From a virus (taxonomy: Duplodnaviria; Caudoviricetes): DNA of 44,947 nucleotides. The position numbers were made by a program, and so were the translations under genes. Shown in pieces: positions 25,592 through 36,116 of this stretch. The DNA lies in the IMG/VR virus record IMGVR_UViG_3300038548_000114, positions 1-44,947 of that record; one strand, given 5' to 3'. The notes under the pieces were generated by a model, which was not told the origin of the DNA, searched no databases, and saw nothing but the letters and a program-made list of their open reading frames with translations. Numbering within the stretch: position 1 is the stretch's first letter; each line of letters opens with the position of its first letter.

Positions 25592-27220
25592 ATGCCAAAG
25601 GTCGCACAGGCTCAATCAGATCGGGTGTCACTCGACGTCGTTCGTCAACCACGTGCAAGCGGCGCAGTGCCAGCTGGTGCGTTCGGTGGTGATGTCGTGC
25701 GAGGTGCCGTAAACCTCGCTCAAGCCGGTCTGAACATCAAGAATCGCATCGACACCACATCAGCTGAAGAGGCACTGGTTAGTTTCGAGCGAGACAAAAA
25801 CGCATTATTCTTCAACCCTGAGAACGGTTACTTCAACACTCAAGGTCGCAACGCATTCGATGCGGCACCAGTGGCCAACAGCGCGTTGGACAAGTTGAAA
25901 AAGCAATACGGTGACAACCTCAACGAGCAGGCTCGACTGGCGTTCGACAAGTCAGCTGATGCTCATATCACCAGGGCGCGTGCTGACATCGGTCGTCACT
26001 CATCCAAAGGGTTGCAGGTGTGGGAGACTGCCACGATCGAAGCTCAGGTTGAGAACACAATCGAGAACGCGTCACTGTACTGGTCTGACCCTCAGTCGAT
26101 GCGAGTGCAACGGGTGATTGGTGAGCAGGCTATCATCGACTCATCACAGACCACAGGCATCGGCCCTGAAGCGACTGCAGAGAAGCTGCAGACCTTTCGA
26201 TCAACCTTCGCCAGCAACGCTATCGCAGCAGCCACGCAGAGCAGTTCAACTGAGGGTCAGGAGCAACTTGACCAGATGGGTGACCTGCTGGAAGGACCAG
26301 ACAAGATCAAGCTAGAATCAGCCATTGAAGCGAAGCAGAAGGTCGAGAAGACTCAAGGCGATGCTCAGGCTGCAGTGCTGACTGCAACTAACCTGGTCAG
26401 CCAGTATGAGAACCGATCTGATGTGCAGGAGCAGGTCAACAAGATCAGTGACCCTGAGCTGCGCAAGAAGACGATGGCTGAGTCGATGCGACTGTTCAGT
26501 GCCAAGCGTCAGGCAGAGTCAGAAGCACGTGGTGATTCGTTTGAAGCCGGTGAATCACACATCATCAACGGTGGATCAGCTGAGACATTCAAGGCTGACG
26601 ATCCTGAAGGCTGGGAGCGTCTGAGTCCGAAGCAGCAGAAGTCGCTTGAGTCAGGTAGGTCAGTAATCACTGACTGGACTCAGTTCAGTGCACTGATGAC
26701 ACTGCCGCGTGCTGAGTTGGCGAAGATCGACCCTGTTGAGCACTTCAACACGTTGGCACCATCTGAGCGCAAGTCACTCATCAGCGCGGTGAAGTCTGCC
26801 AACGGCACAGGCACCAAGTCTGACAAGATCGATCACCAGACGGGTCGTACTCGCACCAGTCAGACCACTGCTGCAGTTGATCAAATTTTTGGCAAAAAGA
26901 CCAAGCGCAACGATGATGAGAAGAAGCAGGTCGAGGCGTTCTATTCGATCGTCGACGATGAGTTGGTTCGACGTGAGTCGGAGCTTGAGCGCAAACTGAC
27001 ATCAGAAGAGTACACCAATCTGCTGTCAGGGTTGACGCGTGATGTAGTGCAGGACAAGTCGACTGTGTTCGGTCTTGGTATACCGTTCACCGGTGGTGAG
27101 CTGGATCTGACCGACATCCCTGCGGATGACGTCACTGCGTTGAGCAAGTTTTTACGCGACAACAACATTCCTGTAACATCTGACAATCTGATAAGGGCAC
27201 ATCAACAGGCGACGAACTAA
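25592..27220 (+). CDS. Internal virion (ejection) protein
   Basis: Helical, Ala/Gln-rich; positioned between the gp14-like gene and the giant gene. Confidence 0.7.
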   Translation: MPKVAQAQSDRVSLDVVRQPRASGAVPAGAFGGDVVRGAVNLAQAGLNIKNRIDTTSAEEALVSFERDKNALFFNPENGYFNTQGRNAFDAAPVANSALDKLKKQYGDNLNEQARLAFDKSADAHITRARADIGRHSSKGLQVWETATIEAQVENTIENASLYWSDPQSMRVQRVIGEQAIIDSSQTTGIGPEATAEKLQTFRSTFASNAIAAATQSSSTEGQEQLDQMGDLLEGPDKIKLESAIEAKQKVEKTQGDAQAAVLTATNLVSQYENRSDVQEQVNKISDPELRKKTMAESMRLFSAKRQAESEARGDSFEAGESHIINGGSAETFKADDPEGWERLSPKQQKSLESGRSVITDWTQFSALMTLPRAELAKIDPVEHFNTLAPSERKSLISAVKSANGTGTKSDKIDHQTGRTRTSQTTAAVDQIFGKKTKRNDDEKKQVEAFYSIVDDELVRRESELERKLTSEEYTNLLSGLTRDVVQDKSTVFGLGIPFTGGELDLTDIPADDVTALSKFLRDNNIPVTSDNLIRAHQQATN

Positions 27221-30200
27221 TGGCTTTGGATCTTGAGAAGATTGACTTAGGTAGCTTCGGCGGCGGTGACGGCCTCGAATCAACAGTTCAAGATAACCAG
27301 CTGAACGCCAGCATCAGCGAGGCGGTCAAGGTCAACCCTGACCAGCAGGCGAAGGTGTCACAGCTCAGCCAGCAGTCGGGCATCCCTGAGTTCGCTGTCG
27401 CTGACAATCCTGAGCAGGTTGAGTCCGACCTGAACCTGAGCAACATCGACATCAGCGGTATGTCGAAGCGCAACCCCAACACTGCGAAATACCTGACTGA
27501 CTTCAACAACGCATCGATCGCTCATGATGACATCGATGTGATGCAGTCGATCGAAGACATCTTCGATTTCGGCAAAACGTTCGAGAACCTCGGTGAGTCG
27601 ATCAGCGCCAGCTTCACATCACAGGGTGCAGGGTTCATGGCTGCGGGTGTCGACATGACACCGTCGCGCATTCAGGATCTGGTGCCGTCGTCAGGTATGC
27701 CGATTGGCATGGAAGGTGACGCTGCATTCATCTCAATGGAGCTGGCGTCGAATCTTGGCATCGACACTGATGCTCAGTTGCAGCAAGCGAAAGCTGACGC
27801 GACTGAGCAGATGCTGACCACGCTGAAGGAACAGCAAGCGAAGCGCAAAACACTCACCCCTGAAGATCTGAACCTGCTTGAGCAGGGTGTGCGCAGCGGC
27901 GTTGAGTCGTTGGCTATCATGGCACCAGGATTCGGCTTGATGCTGCTGTCAGGCGGTCGTGCTGCACCACTGTTGGCGACCATCGGCGTGCAGACGTTCG
28001 GTGACAGCTACGCTCAGGGTCGTGCTGATGACCTGACACCTCAGCAGGCTGCTTGGTTCGCCAGCATCAATGCTGCGATCGAGGTGGGTACTGAAGTGCT
28101 GCCGACGGGCACCCTTGAGCGAATCCTGACCGGTGAAACGAAAGGGTTGACCAAAGCTGCGTTGAAGTTCCTGGTGCAAGAGATGGGGACTGAGCAGCTG
28201 GCAACACTGGGTCAGACGCTCAACGAAAACGTGTTCGGTATTGATGAGCAGATGGAAGCTGCTGAGACTGTCGAAGAGATGGTCACGCTGCAGTTGCGAC
28301 GTCAGGCTGTCACTGCAATAGCTACCATTGTCGCAGGTGGTGCACAAGCCACTGCAGTCACCGGTATCCGCAAGACCATTGAAGTCATTGCTGCTGATGG
28401 GTCAAAGAAAGAGACTCAAGGTGAAGTCGAGCAGCGCAAGCTGGATCAGCTGAACACCGCTGCTGAGAAGTCAAAGTTAAAGGCACGAAGCAAAGAATCA
28501 TTCAAGCAGTTCGTCGAGCAGGCTGACGGTGACAACAACACTCACGTGTTCATCGACGGTGCTCAGACAGCACTGTACCTGCAGACCAAGACCCGTGATG
28601 AGATCGCGGCTGACCCGGCGCTGGCACTGCTGCAGGAGGGTGTCAACGAAGCTGCTGCGCTCGGTGGTCAGGTCAACATCCCTGTGGCGGAGTTCAGTGC
28701 TGAGATACTGAACACTGAGCACTTCGAGCAGCTGCGTGACAGCATGACTATGAGTGAAGAGACTGTCGCACCGTTTCGTCAGGAGCAGGTGCAGCAGGAG
28801 ACTCAAGCCTACATTCGCACGTTGTTGGATGATGCGAATGAGAACGTCAGCGAGTTCGTTGAGGCTCAAGAGATTTACAACACAGTGCGTGAGCAGCTGA
28901 TCGACAGCGGTCAGGTAAATGCAGCGAATGCAACGATCATGGCTCAGATCGTGCCAGCGTGGGCAACAGCTCAGGCGAAGAGTTCAGGCAAGACAGTGAA
29001 GCAGGTGTACATCGATTCTGGTCTGGTGATCGAAGGGCCGCTGACCGGTGAGCAGGCACGGCTGCAGGGTGAGCAGGATCTGTTGAGTCAGAGTGAGGCT
29101 GCTGAGTTCGCAGCTGCGACCGCTAAAGGTCTGGACATGTCCACCGATGCACGACAGCAACGTGCGCGTGGCCTAGGGTTCGATACTGAGCAGACATTGT
29201 TTCACGGCACTGCTGCAACATTTGACGCGTTCGAGCGCGGTGACTTAGGTGTTCACTTGGGTACGACCCAGCAGGCTGCTAACCGGCTATCTGATGTAGA
29301 GTCAGATCGCCTTGGTGTCAGTTCATTTGGTGGTCGAGGTCAACGCGCTGGGGAAGGGGCGAACATCATCCCGGTACACGTCAGCGTCGAAAACCCCCTG
29401 AAAATGGAAGATGTTGGCACTTGGAATAACTCGGTGTCTGTTTTGGAATCATTGCCTGAAGAATTTCAAGACTCTGAATTGCTTGATGAAGCACAGTCAC
29501 TGCGCGATGGATTTGAAGATTCAACTGATTGGGTTGAGAGTCAAGATAACATTGAGATTCTTGATGAGATTCGAAATAAGATCATTGATGCCGGTTTTGA
29601 TAGCATTGTTTATGTCAACAAAGTTGAAGCAACAGCCGGTGAGATCACTGACCAATCCCGTGAACAAATTAGAAACCTCAATGCAGAGCGTCAATCCGTA
29701 TTATCTGCAGTTTCTTCACGGTTGGAATTACCTGCTGATGCGACTGAAGCGGATGTTCAGGCATTCATTGACGCACCTAAACCTGAGCCTACAGCTGAAG
29801 AACAATCGCAATTAGATGAGTTTGATCGACAGATTGAGCAAGTCAGGCAGACTGGTGCGATCTCAGAAGAGTCAACGATTGTTCTGCGTGAAGAACAGAT
29901 CCGATCAGTCAATGCAGCCTTCGACCCCGATGCTGCTGAGTCGGCTGACCTGTTGGCGCAGGCACCCGTGACTGAGACATCGACCGAGACTGAAGCGTTC
30001 AAAGAGTGGTCAGGCGGCGGTGACGTGATCGACTCTGAGGACATCAACGACCACGACTTCAAAGCTGACACCCCCACCGTTGTCAAAGTATTCCACGGCA
30101 CCACTTTTGATTTTAGTGTGTTCGATGCGCTGCGCGGCAACCTTGAAGGTCAGTTCGGTGCGGTCAACTACTTCACCAGTTCAGAGCAGGATGCCAGTGA

Positions 30201-33200
30201 CAACTACGCTGGTGAAGGTCCAGATCTGACGAACCGGATTGATCAACGTGCTGAGCAACTTGAAGAGGAACTGGGTGAAGCCGACTCTGATGAAGTCGCT
30301 GAGTTGGCTGATCAGCACGGACTGGAATTTGACGCTGAAACCGAAACATTCCCTGAAGACCTGCCGACAGCGATGGCGCGTGAAGAACTCGCAGGCGGTC
30401 AAGATCAGACAATGGAACTATTCGTGCGCGTCGACAATCCTTTCGTCATCGGTGATCAATCAGTGATCGAGTTGATCGACAACGACAGCGTCCATCAGCA
30501 GGCGATTGAGCAGGTTGCTGAGGAAAACGACATCACCGCTGAGGAAGTTCAAGAGAACATCGATGACTTTGAGGACCAAGTCGATGAGGCACGGTGGGCG
30601 CTTGAGGAAGAGAACCCGAACAAACTGACTGAAGCGATTCAGGAAGTTGCCGACAATGCAGGTGTCGAGGCGTCAGAACTGGCTGCTCAGGTGTACGATC
30701 TGGGTGAGTCAGCAACTGCTGAAGACATCGAGGATCTGATGCGCAGTACTGAGGATTACGCATTCACTGAAGACCCTGAGACAGGTGAAAACGTTCAGTT
30801 CCAGCGTGTTGCTGAAGTCATTGAGGCAATGGGGTTCGACTCGATCATTCTCAAGAATGCTGAGCAGCGGTTCAGCAACATGAACATCGTGAGGGATACC
30901 GCTCACGTTCACATCTTCGACAGCGGCAAGACCAACATCAAGTCGGTGCAGAACATCGGTACCTTCGACCCTGCTGATCCTGACATCTTCAAGCAACCCA
31001 CCAGCGACGATGCCCCTGGTGCACGCGGTTACTATGACCCAGCGAACAGTATCATCAGGCTCACCGAGTCATCTGACCTGAGCACATTCCTGCATGAGTT
31101 CGCACACTTCATGTATGAGATGGAGGTCAACGGTGACACCGAGATGCTGCAGAGCATCAACAACTGGTACAAGCGCAACGCTGACGATGTGGCGAAGGAA
31201 GCGAACAGCTACCTGACCGCGAAAGGCTTCGATGCTGAGAAGCAGGCAGGCACTGAACCGGGTGAAACTGTTACAGCGTCCGATGTGATTGAATACCTCG
31301 CTGATGGTACAGCTGGTGATCAAGATGTTGACTCAGCCATTCGTCGTGCAGTGCATGAGCAGTTTGCACGTGGCTTTGAAACGTACCTGATGGAAGGCAA
31401 AGCACCCAGCATCGAGCTGCGCAACGCGTTCAGGACGTTCGCACGCTGGCTGTCACAGATTTACCAGCGGATGCGTGGTCAACTGAACGTCGATCTGACC
31501 ATCGAGATGCGTCAGGTGTTCGATCGTCTACTGGCGACTGAAGAGCAGATCGCAGCTGCTGAAGCACGACAGCGGATTGAACCATTGTTCACTGATGCTG
31601 CGATGGCGGGTATGACTGAGGAAGAGTTCAGCGACTACCAGAAGCGTATCAGCAAGGTCAAGGATGTGCAGTCTGAGACTCTGCGTGACAAGCTGATCAA
31701 GCAGTTGACCCGGCAACAGCAGAAGTGGTGGAACGAAGAGAAGCGTGACATCGCTGACGAAGAGCTCGAGCGACTGAAGACTGAGCAGGTTCATGTTGCG
31801 CGTGATCAGCTCAAGACCGGCGACATCAAGCTGGACTTCGCCACTGTGAAGGAAATGGTCGGTGAAGAGAAGGTCAACAAGCTGGGTCGCAAGTCGGTCA
31901 TCGTGTCGCCTAAGCTGCGTGGCATGACTGCCAAAGAGCACCAGGGTCTGCACCCTGATGAGGCTGCTGCGATCCTCGGTTATGAATCAGGCTCTGAACT
32001 GCTTGATGACCTGATCAACGCACCAACGATCAAAGAGTCTGCTGACATCGCTGCCGAGTCGCGCATGGTTGACCGGCACGGTGACATCATGACTGATGGC
32101 ACCATTGAGAAGGCTGCTGATGAGGCGGTGCAGGATGAAGAGCGCGGCAAGCTGTTGCTGTCAGAGTTGAAGACTCTCGCACGCGGCACCAATGCACCGA
32201 CTGTCGACCGGGCAACCATTAAAGAGATCGCCGCTGAGCGCATCGGTCGGCTGTCATTCCGTCAGATATTCCCCGGCAAGTACCGTAGTGCTGAGATCAA
32301 GGCTGCGAATGAAGCGGGCCGCATGTTGGCTGAGGGCAACAAGGAAGGTGCTGCAGCTGCGAAGATGCGTCAGGTGCTGAATTATTATCTCGGCATGGAA
32401 GCGACCAACGCGAAGAACGAGACAACCAAGATCGTCGATCGCATGGCGCGGTACAGCAAGAAGAAAGTGCAAGTCGAGATAATGAAGTCGAACGGTGGTC
32501 ACTGGGAGCAGATCGTCAAGATCCTCAATCGCTTCGAGTTCCGCAAAGCTGCAACGTTGACCGAAGTTGAGAACATCAACACGTGGGCAAAAGAGCGCAT
32601 GGAGACTGATGGTGATGGTCTGGTGCTCAGTCCTGTTGTGCTGAATGAATCCTTCCTCACTCATTGGAAAAACGTACCGTTCAGCGACCTACAAGGCATC
32701 AATGACTCGGTGAAGAACATCGAGCACGTTGCCCGGTACAGCAACAAAATGAACGCGATCGCTGATGAGCTTGAGTTCAAAAAGCTGAAGGCTGACTGGG
32801 TCGACAGTATCAACACCAATGATGCACGCTTCGACACCAAAGCCAGCAAGTCACGTACCGCTGACGCGCAAGATGCCACGCTGAGTGAGCACGTTCGTCG
32901 TTGGGCTTCACAGTTGACTAAGGTTCCATTCTTGGCGTCATGGCTCGATGGGGGTGAGCGTGTCGGCCTGAGTCATCAGATCCTGATCCAGCCGTTGACT
33001 GATGCACTCGATGCCAAGATGAACCTGATCGACACTGTCGCCACACCGGTGAACAACGCAATCATCGACCGCAGCAAAGCTGACCAGAAGCGTCACATGC
33101 GCAAGATCTGGATACCTGAGATCAACGATCATCTGCTGGGTCACCAAGTGCTTGCAGTTGCGCTGAACACCGGTAACCAGGGCAACCTGCGCAAGCTGCT

Positions 33201-34899
33201 TCTTGGTGAGGGTTGGGCTGACCCTGAGACAGATGGCGACATCAGCATCGACAACCCTCAGCTGCAGGCAGTGCTGAAGCACATGACGAAGTCTGACTGG
33301 GAACTGGTGCAGACGATATGGGACCAGATGGAAACTTTGTATCCTCAGCTTGCTGAAGTGCATCGTCGCACCACGGGTCTGACGCCACCGAAGGTCGAGT
33401 CGACACCGGTTGTGACTGAGTTCGGCACATTCCGGGGTGGTTATTACCCGGTCAAATACTCGCCTGAGCGCAGCCATAAAGCTGAGAAGAACGCTGAGAA
33501 GCTGCAGGCTGAAACTGAGTCGATGTTCAATAACACTGCATCGATCCAGGCATCGGTGAACGCTGGCGCGACCAATGAGCGCACCGGATTCTATGACCGC
33601 ATCAACCTGAGCCTTGACGTGGTGCCTGACCATTTCAATGAAACGATCCACTACATCACACACCACGACGCAGTGCGCCAGATCAACAAACTGATCAATG
33701 CACCTGATGTCGCCAACGCGATTACCGGTGTGCTGGGTGAAGCTGAGTTCAAGCAGCTGAAGCCTTGGTTGAACGACGTCGCTAAGGACGGTCGTCAGCA
33801 GCCTACCAAGACGTTCATTGACGAAGCCTTCCAACGGTTGCGGTTCGGCGTGACGCTGGGTGTGATGGGCTTTAAGGCGTCCACAGGCATCATGCAGGTG
33901 TTCGGCCTGTTCACTACTACTGCTGAACTTGGACTCGGTCCCACGGTGAAGGGTATCCAGTCAGCTATCGGCAACTCTTGGTACATGAAAGCAGTTCGTC
34001 GCACGCTCGGTACTCCTGACAATATGCAGAGTGGGATGGACTTCGCATTAGAGAAGTCGAAGGTGCTGCCTCATCGCATTCAGACAATGGATCGTGAGAT
34101 CAGAAACGCGATGACCAGGTTGAAGGGCAAGCGCGGCATCATCGCTGCCACTCAAGAAGTATCGATGAAGCACATCATGTTGATCCAGCTCTACATTGTT
34201 GACTTACCAACATGGCTCGGAGCTTACGATAAGAAGGTCAGCGAAACCGGCGATGAGAAGCTGGCAGCTCAATTCGCTGACTTGATGCTTGAGAGCCTGC
34301 AAGGGTCAGGCGCGACTAAAGACATGGCTGCAATCGTGCGCAACCAGTCGAAGGTGATCACCACGTTCACCATGTTCATGACGTTCTTCAGTGCACTCGG
34401 CAACCTGAGTCGTGACCTGGTGAAAGGTCGACGCAGTGGTCGCTATTCCGTCACCAGTGTCGCAGCAAAAGTGATGTTCCTTTACACGATCCCCGTGTTT
34501 ATGGAAATGCTGATGCGCGGTGACTTGGATGAGCCTGAAGGTGAAGATGATCGACTGGGTAAATATGTGACTGGTGTTGTACTGTACCCAATGGCATCAA
34601 TACCATTCGTGCGTGAGGTTGCCAGTGGTTTGATCGGTGACTTCGGTTACAACAGTTCACCGGTGTCGGCTTTGTTAGAGCGAGGTATTGCAGGGTTCAA
34701 AGGCATCACATCGGCGGCAGTGACCGACAAAGAGGTCACAAAGGCTCAGATTAAGAATGCGACTAAGCTGGTTGGCGCGGCACTAGGTGTACCGGGTGTG
34801 TCACAGATGTGGGCAACAGGTGAACACCTTTATGATGTGATCGAGGAAGGTGAAGACTTCACCGTTCGTGAAGCGTTGTTTGGTCCTAAACGCGACTAA
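27220..34899 (+). CDS. Large polyvalent internal virion protein with two ART-PolyVal-like domains and a zincin-like HExxH motif
   Basis: LFHGT..F..F...NPL...GFDSIV...QIRSVNAAFDP; VFHGT..F..F...YFT...DNPF...GFDSII...IKSVQNIGTFDP; STFLHEFAHF...HEQFARGFETYLMEGKAP; hydrophobic C-terminal region. Confidence 0.8.
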   Translation: MALDLEKIDLGSFGGGDGLESTVQDNQLNASISEAVKVNPDQQAKVSQLSQQSGIPEFAVADNPEQVESDLNLSNIDISGMSKRNPNTAKYLTDFNNASIAHDDIDVMQSIEDIFDFGKTFENLGESISASFTSQGAGFMAAGVDMTPSRIQDLVPSSGMPIGMEGDAAFISMELASNLGIDTDAQLQQAKADATEQMLTTLKEQQAKRKTLTPEDLNLLEQGVRSGVESLAIMAPGFGLMLLSGGRAAPLLATIGVQTFGDSYAQGRADDLTPQQAAWFASINAAIEVGTEVLPTGTLERILTGETKGLTKAALKFLVQEMGTEQLATLGQTLNENVFGIDEQMEAAETVEEMVTLQLRRQAVTAIATIVAGGAQATAVTGIRKTIEVIAADGSKKETQGEVEQRKLDQLNTAAEKSKLKARSKESFKQFVEQADGDNNTHVFIDGAQTALYLQTKTRDEIAADPALALLQEGVNEAAALGGQVNIPVAEFSAEILNTEHFEQLRDSMTMSEETVAPFRQEQVQQETQAYIRTLLDDANENVSEFVEAQEIYNTVREQLIDSGQVNAANATIMAQIVPAWATAQAKSSGKTVKQVYIDSGLVIEGPLTGEQARLQGEQDLLSQSEAAEFAAATAKGLDMSTDARQQRARGLGFDTEQTLFHGTAATFDAFERGDLGVHLGTTQQAANRLSDVESDRLGVSSFGGRGQRAGEGANIIPVHVSVENPLKMEDVGTWNNSVSVLESLPEEFQDSELLDEAQSLRDGFEDSTDWVESQDNIEILDEIRNKIIDAGFDSIVYVNKVEATAGEITDQSREQIRNLNAERQSVLSAVSSRLELPADATEADVQAFIDAPKPEPTAEEQSQLDEFDRQIEQVRQTGAISEESTIVLREEQIRSVNAAFDPDAAESADLLAQAPVTETSTETEAFKEWSGGGDVIDSEDINDHDFKADTPTVVKVFHGTTFDFSVFDALRGNLEGQFGAVNYFTSSEQDASDNYAGEGPDLTNRIDQRAEQLEEELGEADSDEVAELADQHGLEFDAETETFPEDLPTAMAREELAGGQDQTMELFVRVDNPFVIGDQSVIELIDNDSVHQQAIEQVAEENDITAEEVQENIDDFEDQVDEARWALEEENPNKLTEAIQEVADNAGVEASELAAQVYDLGESATAEDIEDLMRSTEDYAFTEDPETGENVQFQRVAEVIEAMGFDSIILKNAEQRFSNMNIVRDTAHVHIFDSGKTNIKSVQNIGTFDPADPDIFKQPTSDDAPGARGYYDPANSIIRLTESSDLSTFLHEFAHFMYEMEVNGDTEMLQSINNWYKRNADDVAKEANSYLTAKGFDAEKQAGTEPGETVTASDVIEYLADGTAGDQDVDSAIRRAVHEQFARGFETYLMEGKAPSIELRNAFRTFARWLSQIYQRMRGQLNVDLTIEMRQVFDRLLATEEQIAAAEARQRIEPLFTDAAMAGMTEEEFSDYQKRISKVKDVQSETLRDKLIKQLTRQQQKWWNEEKRDIADEELERLKTEQVHVARDQLKTGDIKLDFATVKEMVGEEKVNKLGRKSVIVSPKLRGMTAKEHQGLHPDEAAAILGYESGSELLDDLINAPTIKESADIAAESRMVDRHGDIMTDGTIEKAADEAVQDEERGKLLLSELKTLARGTNAPTVDRATIKEIAAERIGRLSFRQIFPGKYRSAEIKAANEAGRMLAEGNKEGAAAAKMRQVLNYYLGMEATNAKNETTKIVDRMARYSKKKVQVEIMKSNGGHWEQIVKILNRFEFRKAATLTEVENINTWAKERMETDGDGLVLSPVVLNESFLTHWKNVPFSDLQGINDSVKNIEHVARYSNKMNAIADELEFKKLKADWVDSINTNDARFDTKASKSRTADAQDATLSEHVRRWASQLTKVPFLASWLDGGERVGLSHQILIQPLTDALDAKMNLIDTVATPVNNAIIDRSKADQKRHMRKIWIPEINDHLLGHQVLAVALNTGNQGNLRKLLLGEGWADPETDGDISIDNPQLQAVLKHMTKSDWELVQTIWDQMETLYPQLAEVHRRTTGLTPPKVESTPVVTEFGTFRGGYYPVKYSPERSHKAEKNAEKLQAETESMFNNTASIQASVNAGATNERTGFYDRINLSLDVVPDHFNETIHYITHHDAVRQINKLINAPDVANAITGVLGEAEFKQLKPWLNDVAKDGRQQPTKTFIDEAFQRLRFGVTLGVMGFKASTGIMQVFGLFTTTAELGLGPTVKGIQSAIGNSWYMKAVRRTLGTPDNMQSGMDFALEKSKVLPHRIQTMDREIRNAMTRLKGKRGIIAATQEVSMKHIMLIQLYIVDLPTWLGAYDKKVSETGDEKLAAQFADLMLESLQGSGATKDMAAIVRNQSKVITTFTMFMTFFSALGNLSRDLVKGRRSGRYSVTSVAAKVMFLYTIPVFMEMLMRGDLDEPEGEDDRLGKYVTGVVLYPMASIPFVREVASGLIGDFGYNSSPVSALLERGIAGFKGITSAAVTDKEVTKAQIKNATKLVGAALGVPGVSQMWATGEHLYDVIEEGEDFTVREALFGPKRD

Positions 34900-34934
34900 T
34901 GATAAACTCTTGACAAATAGATTGGAGTACCAGC

Positions 34935-36116
34935 ATGACTGTTAACAGTTCAACTATCACATCAGGACCGTTTCCCGGCAATGGTACCAGTGACACGTTC
35001 TCGTACACATTTCGAGTCGATGATAAATCGCAACTTGCAGTGTTCGAGACTGATGATCTAGGTGCCCAAACGACACTGATTGTGGATACCGATTACACCG
35101 TGAACGGTGTCGGCAACGACGCAGGTGGTACTATCACCCGGTTAGCGGGCAATCTGCCGACCAACTTTTCATGGTATATCCGATCCGATTACAAGCTGAC
35201 ACAGTTGATCGCATTCGCATCGCAGGGCGGGTTCTTCCCCGATGTGCATGAGTCGGCAATCGACAAGCTGACCTATCTGATTCTGCAGTTGTCTGACACC
35301 GGTGATGATCGGGCGTTCAGGTTGTCGAATAGCATCCCCGTTGATGGTACGTTCGACCTTGCTGAAAATGCTGCTGCACGTGCTGATAAGTTTCTGGGGT
35401 TCGATTCGTCAGGTAACCTGGTCAGCAGCACAGCAAGTGCGTCGGGGGTCGGTGAAGCCCCTGTCGACGGTAACCAATACGCAAGGATCGATGCGGCGTG
35501 GCAGCAGATTATGGCTGACCCTGCCAACTCATTTGCATTAGATAGTGCTCAAACGGGAACACTGATTGCGTTTAATATCTGGCTGGCTGATGTGTCATCC
35601 AGCACAAAAACCCGCGCTCTACCGGCATCACCTAATGATGGTGATGAAGTTATTATTATCGACGCAAAGAACAATGCAGTCATCAACAAAATTACGATTG
35701 GGCGAAACGGTAACACAATCGGCGGTGCTGCTTTTGATTACATTCTTGATCAGAACCAGAAGACAGTGCACCTGCGCTATGACTTAGCTAACACCAATTG
35801 GGAAATTATTGGGGGTGGTACACCAACGTTCCGCGACGGTGTGTTTGCTCAAAGCGGTGCAGATGTAAACCCTGATAACGGTCTGGTTCAGATCATAACG
35901 TTGACCGGTAATTTAACATCAACTTATACTAATTTATTAACTGGACATTGGGTGCTACAGAAGATTGTACCGGGTGCATTCACGTGGACACACTCTAACA
36001 TCGCAAAATGGACAGGAGATGGGGCTGCTCCCACAGTTATCGCAGCAGAGCATTGGGTGGTGGTAACTAATGTAGATGGCACCATTGTCGGCACCGATCT
36101 GAAGGGGGTATCGTAA
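34935..36116 (+). CDS. Tail fibre protein
   Basis: T7 gp17-like N-terminal anchor GNGTSDTFSYTF...TDYTV...FFPDVHESAIDKLT; EAPVDGNQYAR; LPASPNDGDEV. Confidence 0.85.
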   Translation: MTVNSSTITSGPFPGNGTSDTFSYTFRVDDKSQLAVFETDDLGAQTTLIVDTDYTVNGVGNDAGGTITRLAGNLPTNFSWYIRSDYKLTQLIAFASQGGFFPDVHESAIDKLTYLILQLSDTGDDRAFRLSNSIPVDGTFDLAENAAARADKFLGFDSSGNLVSSTASASGVGEAPVDGNQYARIDAAWQQIMADPANSFALDSAQTGTLIAFNIWLADVSSSTKTRALPASPNDGDEVIIIDAKNNAVINKITIGRNGNTIGGAAFDYILDQNQKTVHLRYDLANTNWEIIGGGTPTFRDGVFAQSGADVNPDNGLVQIITLTGNLTSTYTNLLTGHWVLQKIVPGAFTWTHSNIAKWTGDGAAPTVIAAEHWVVVTNVDGTIVGTDLKGVS

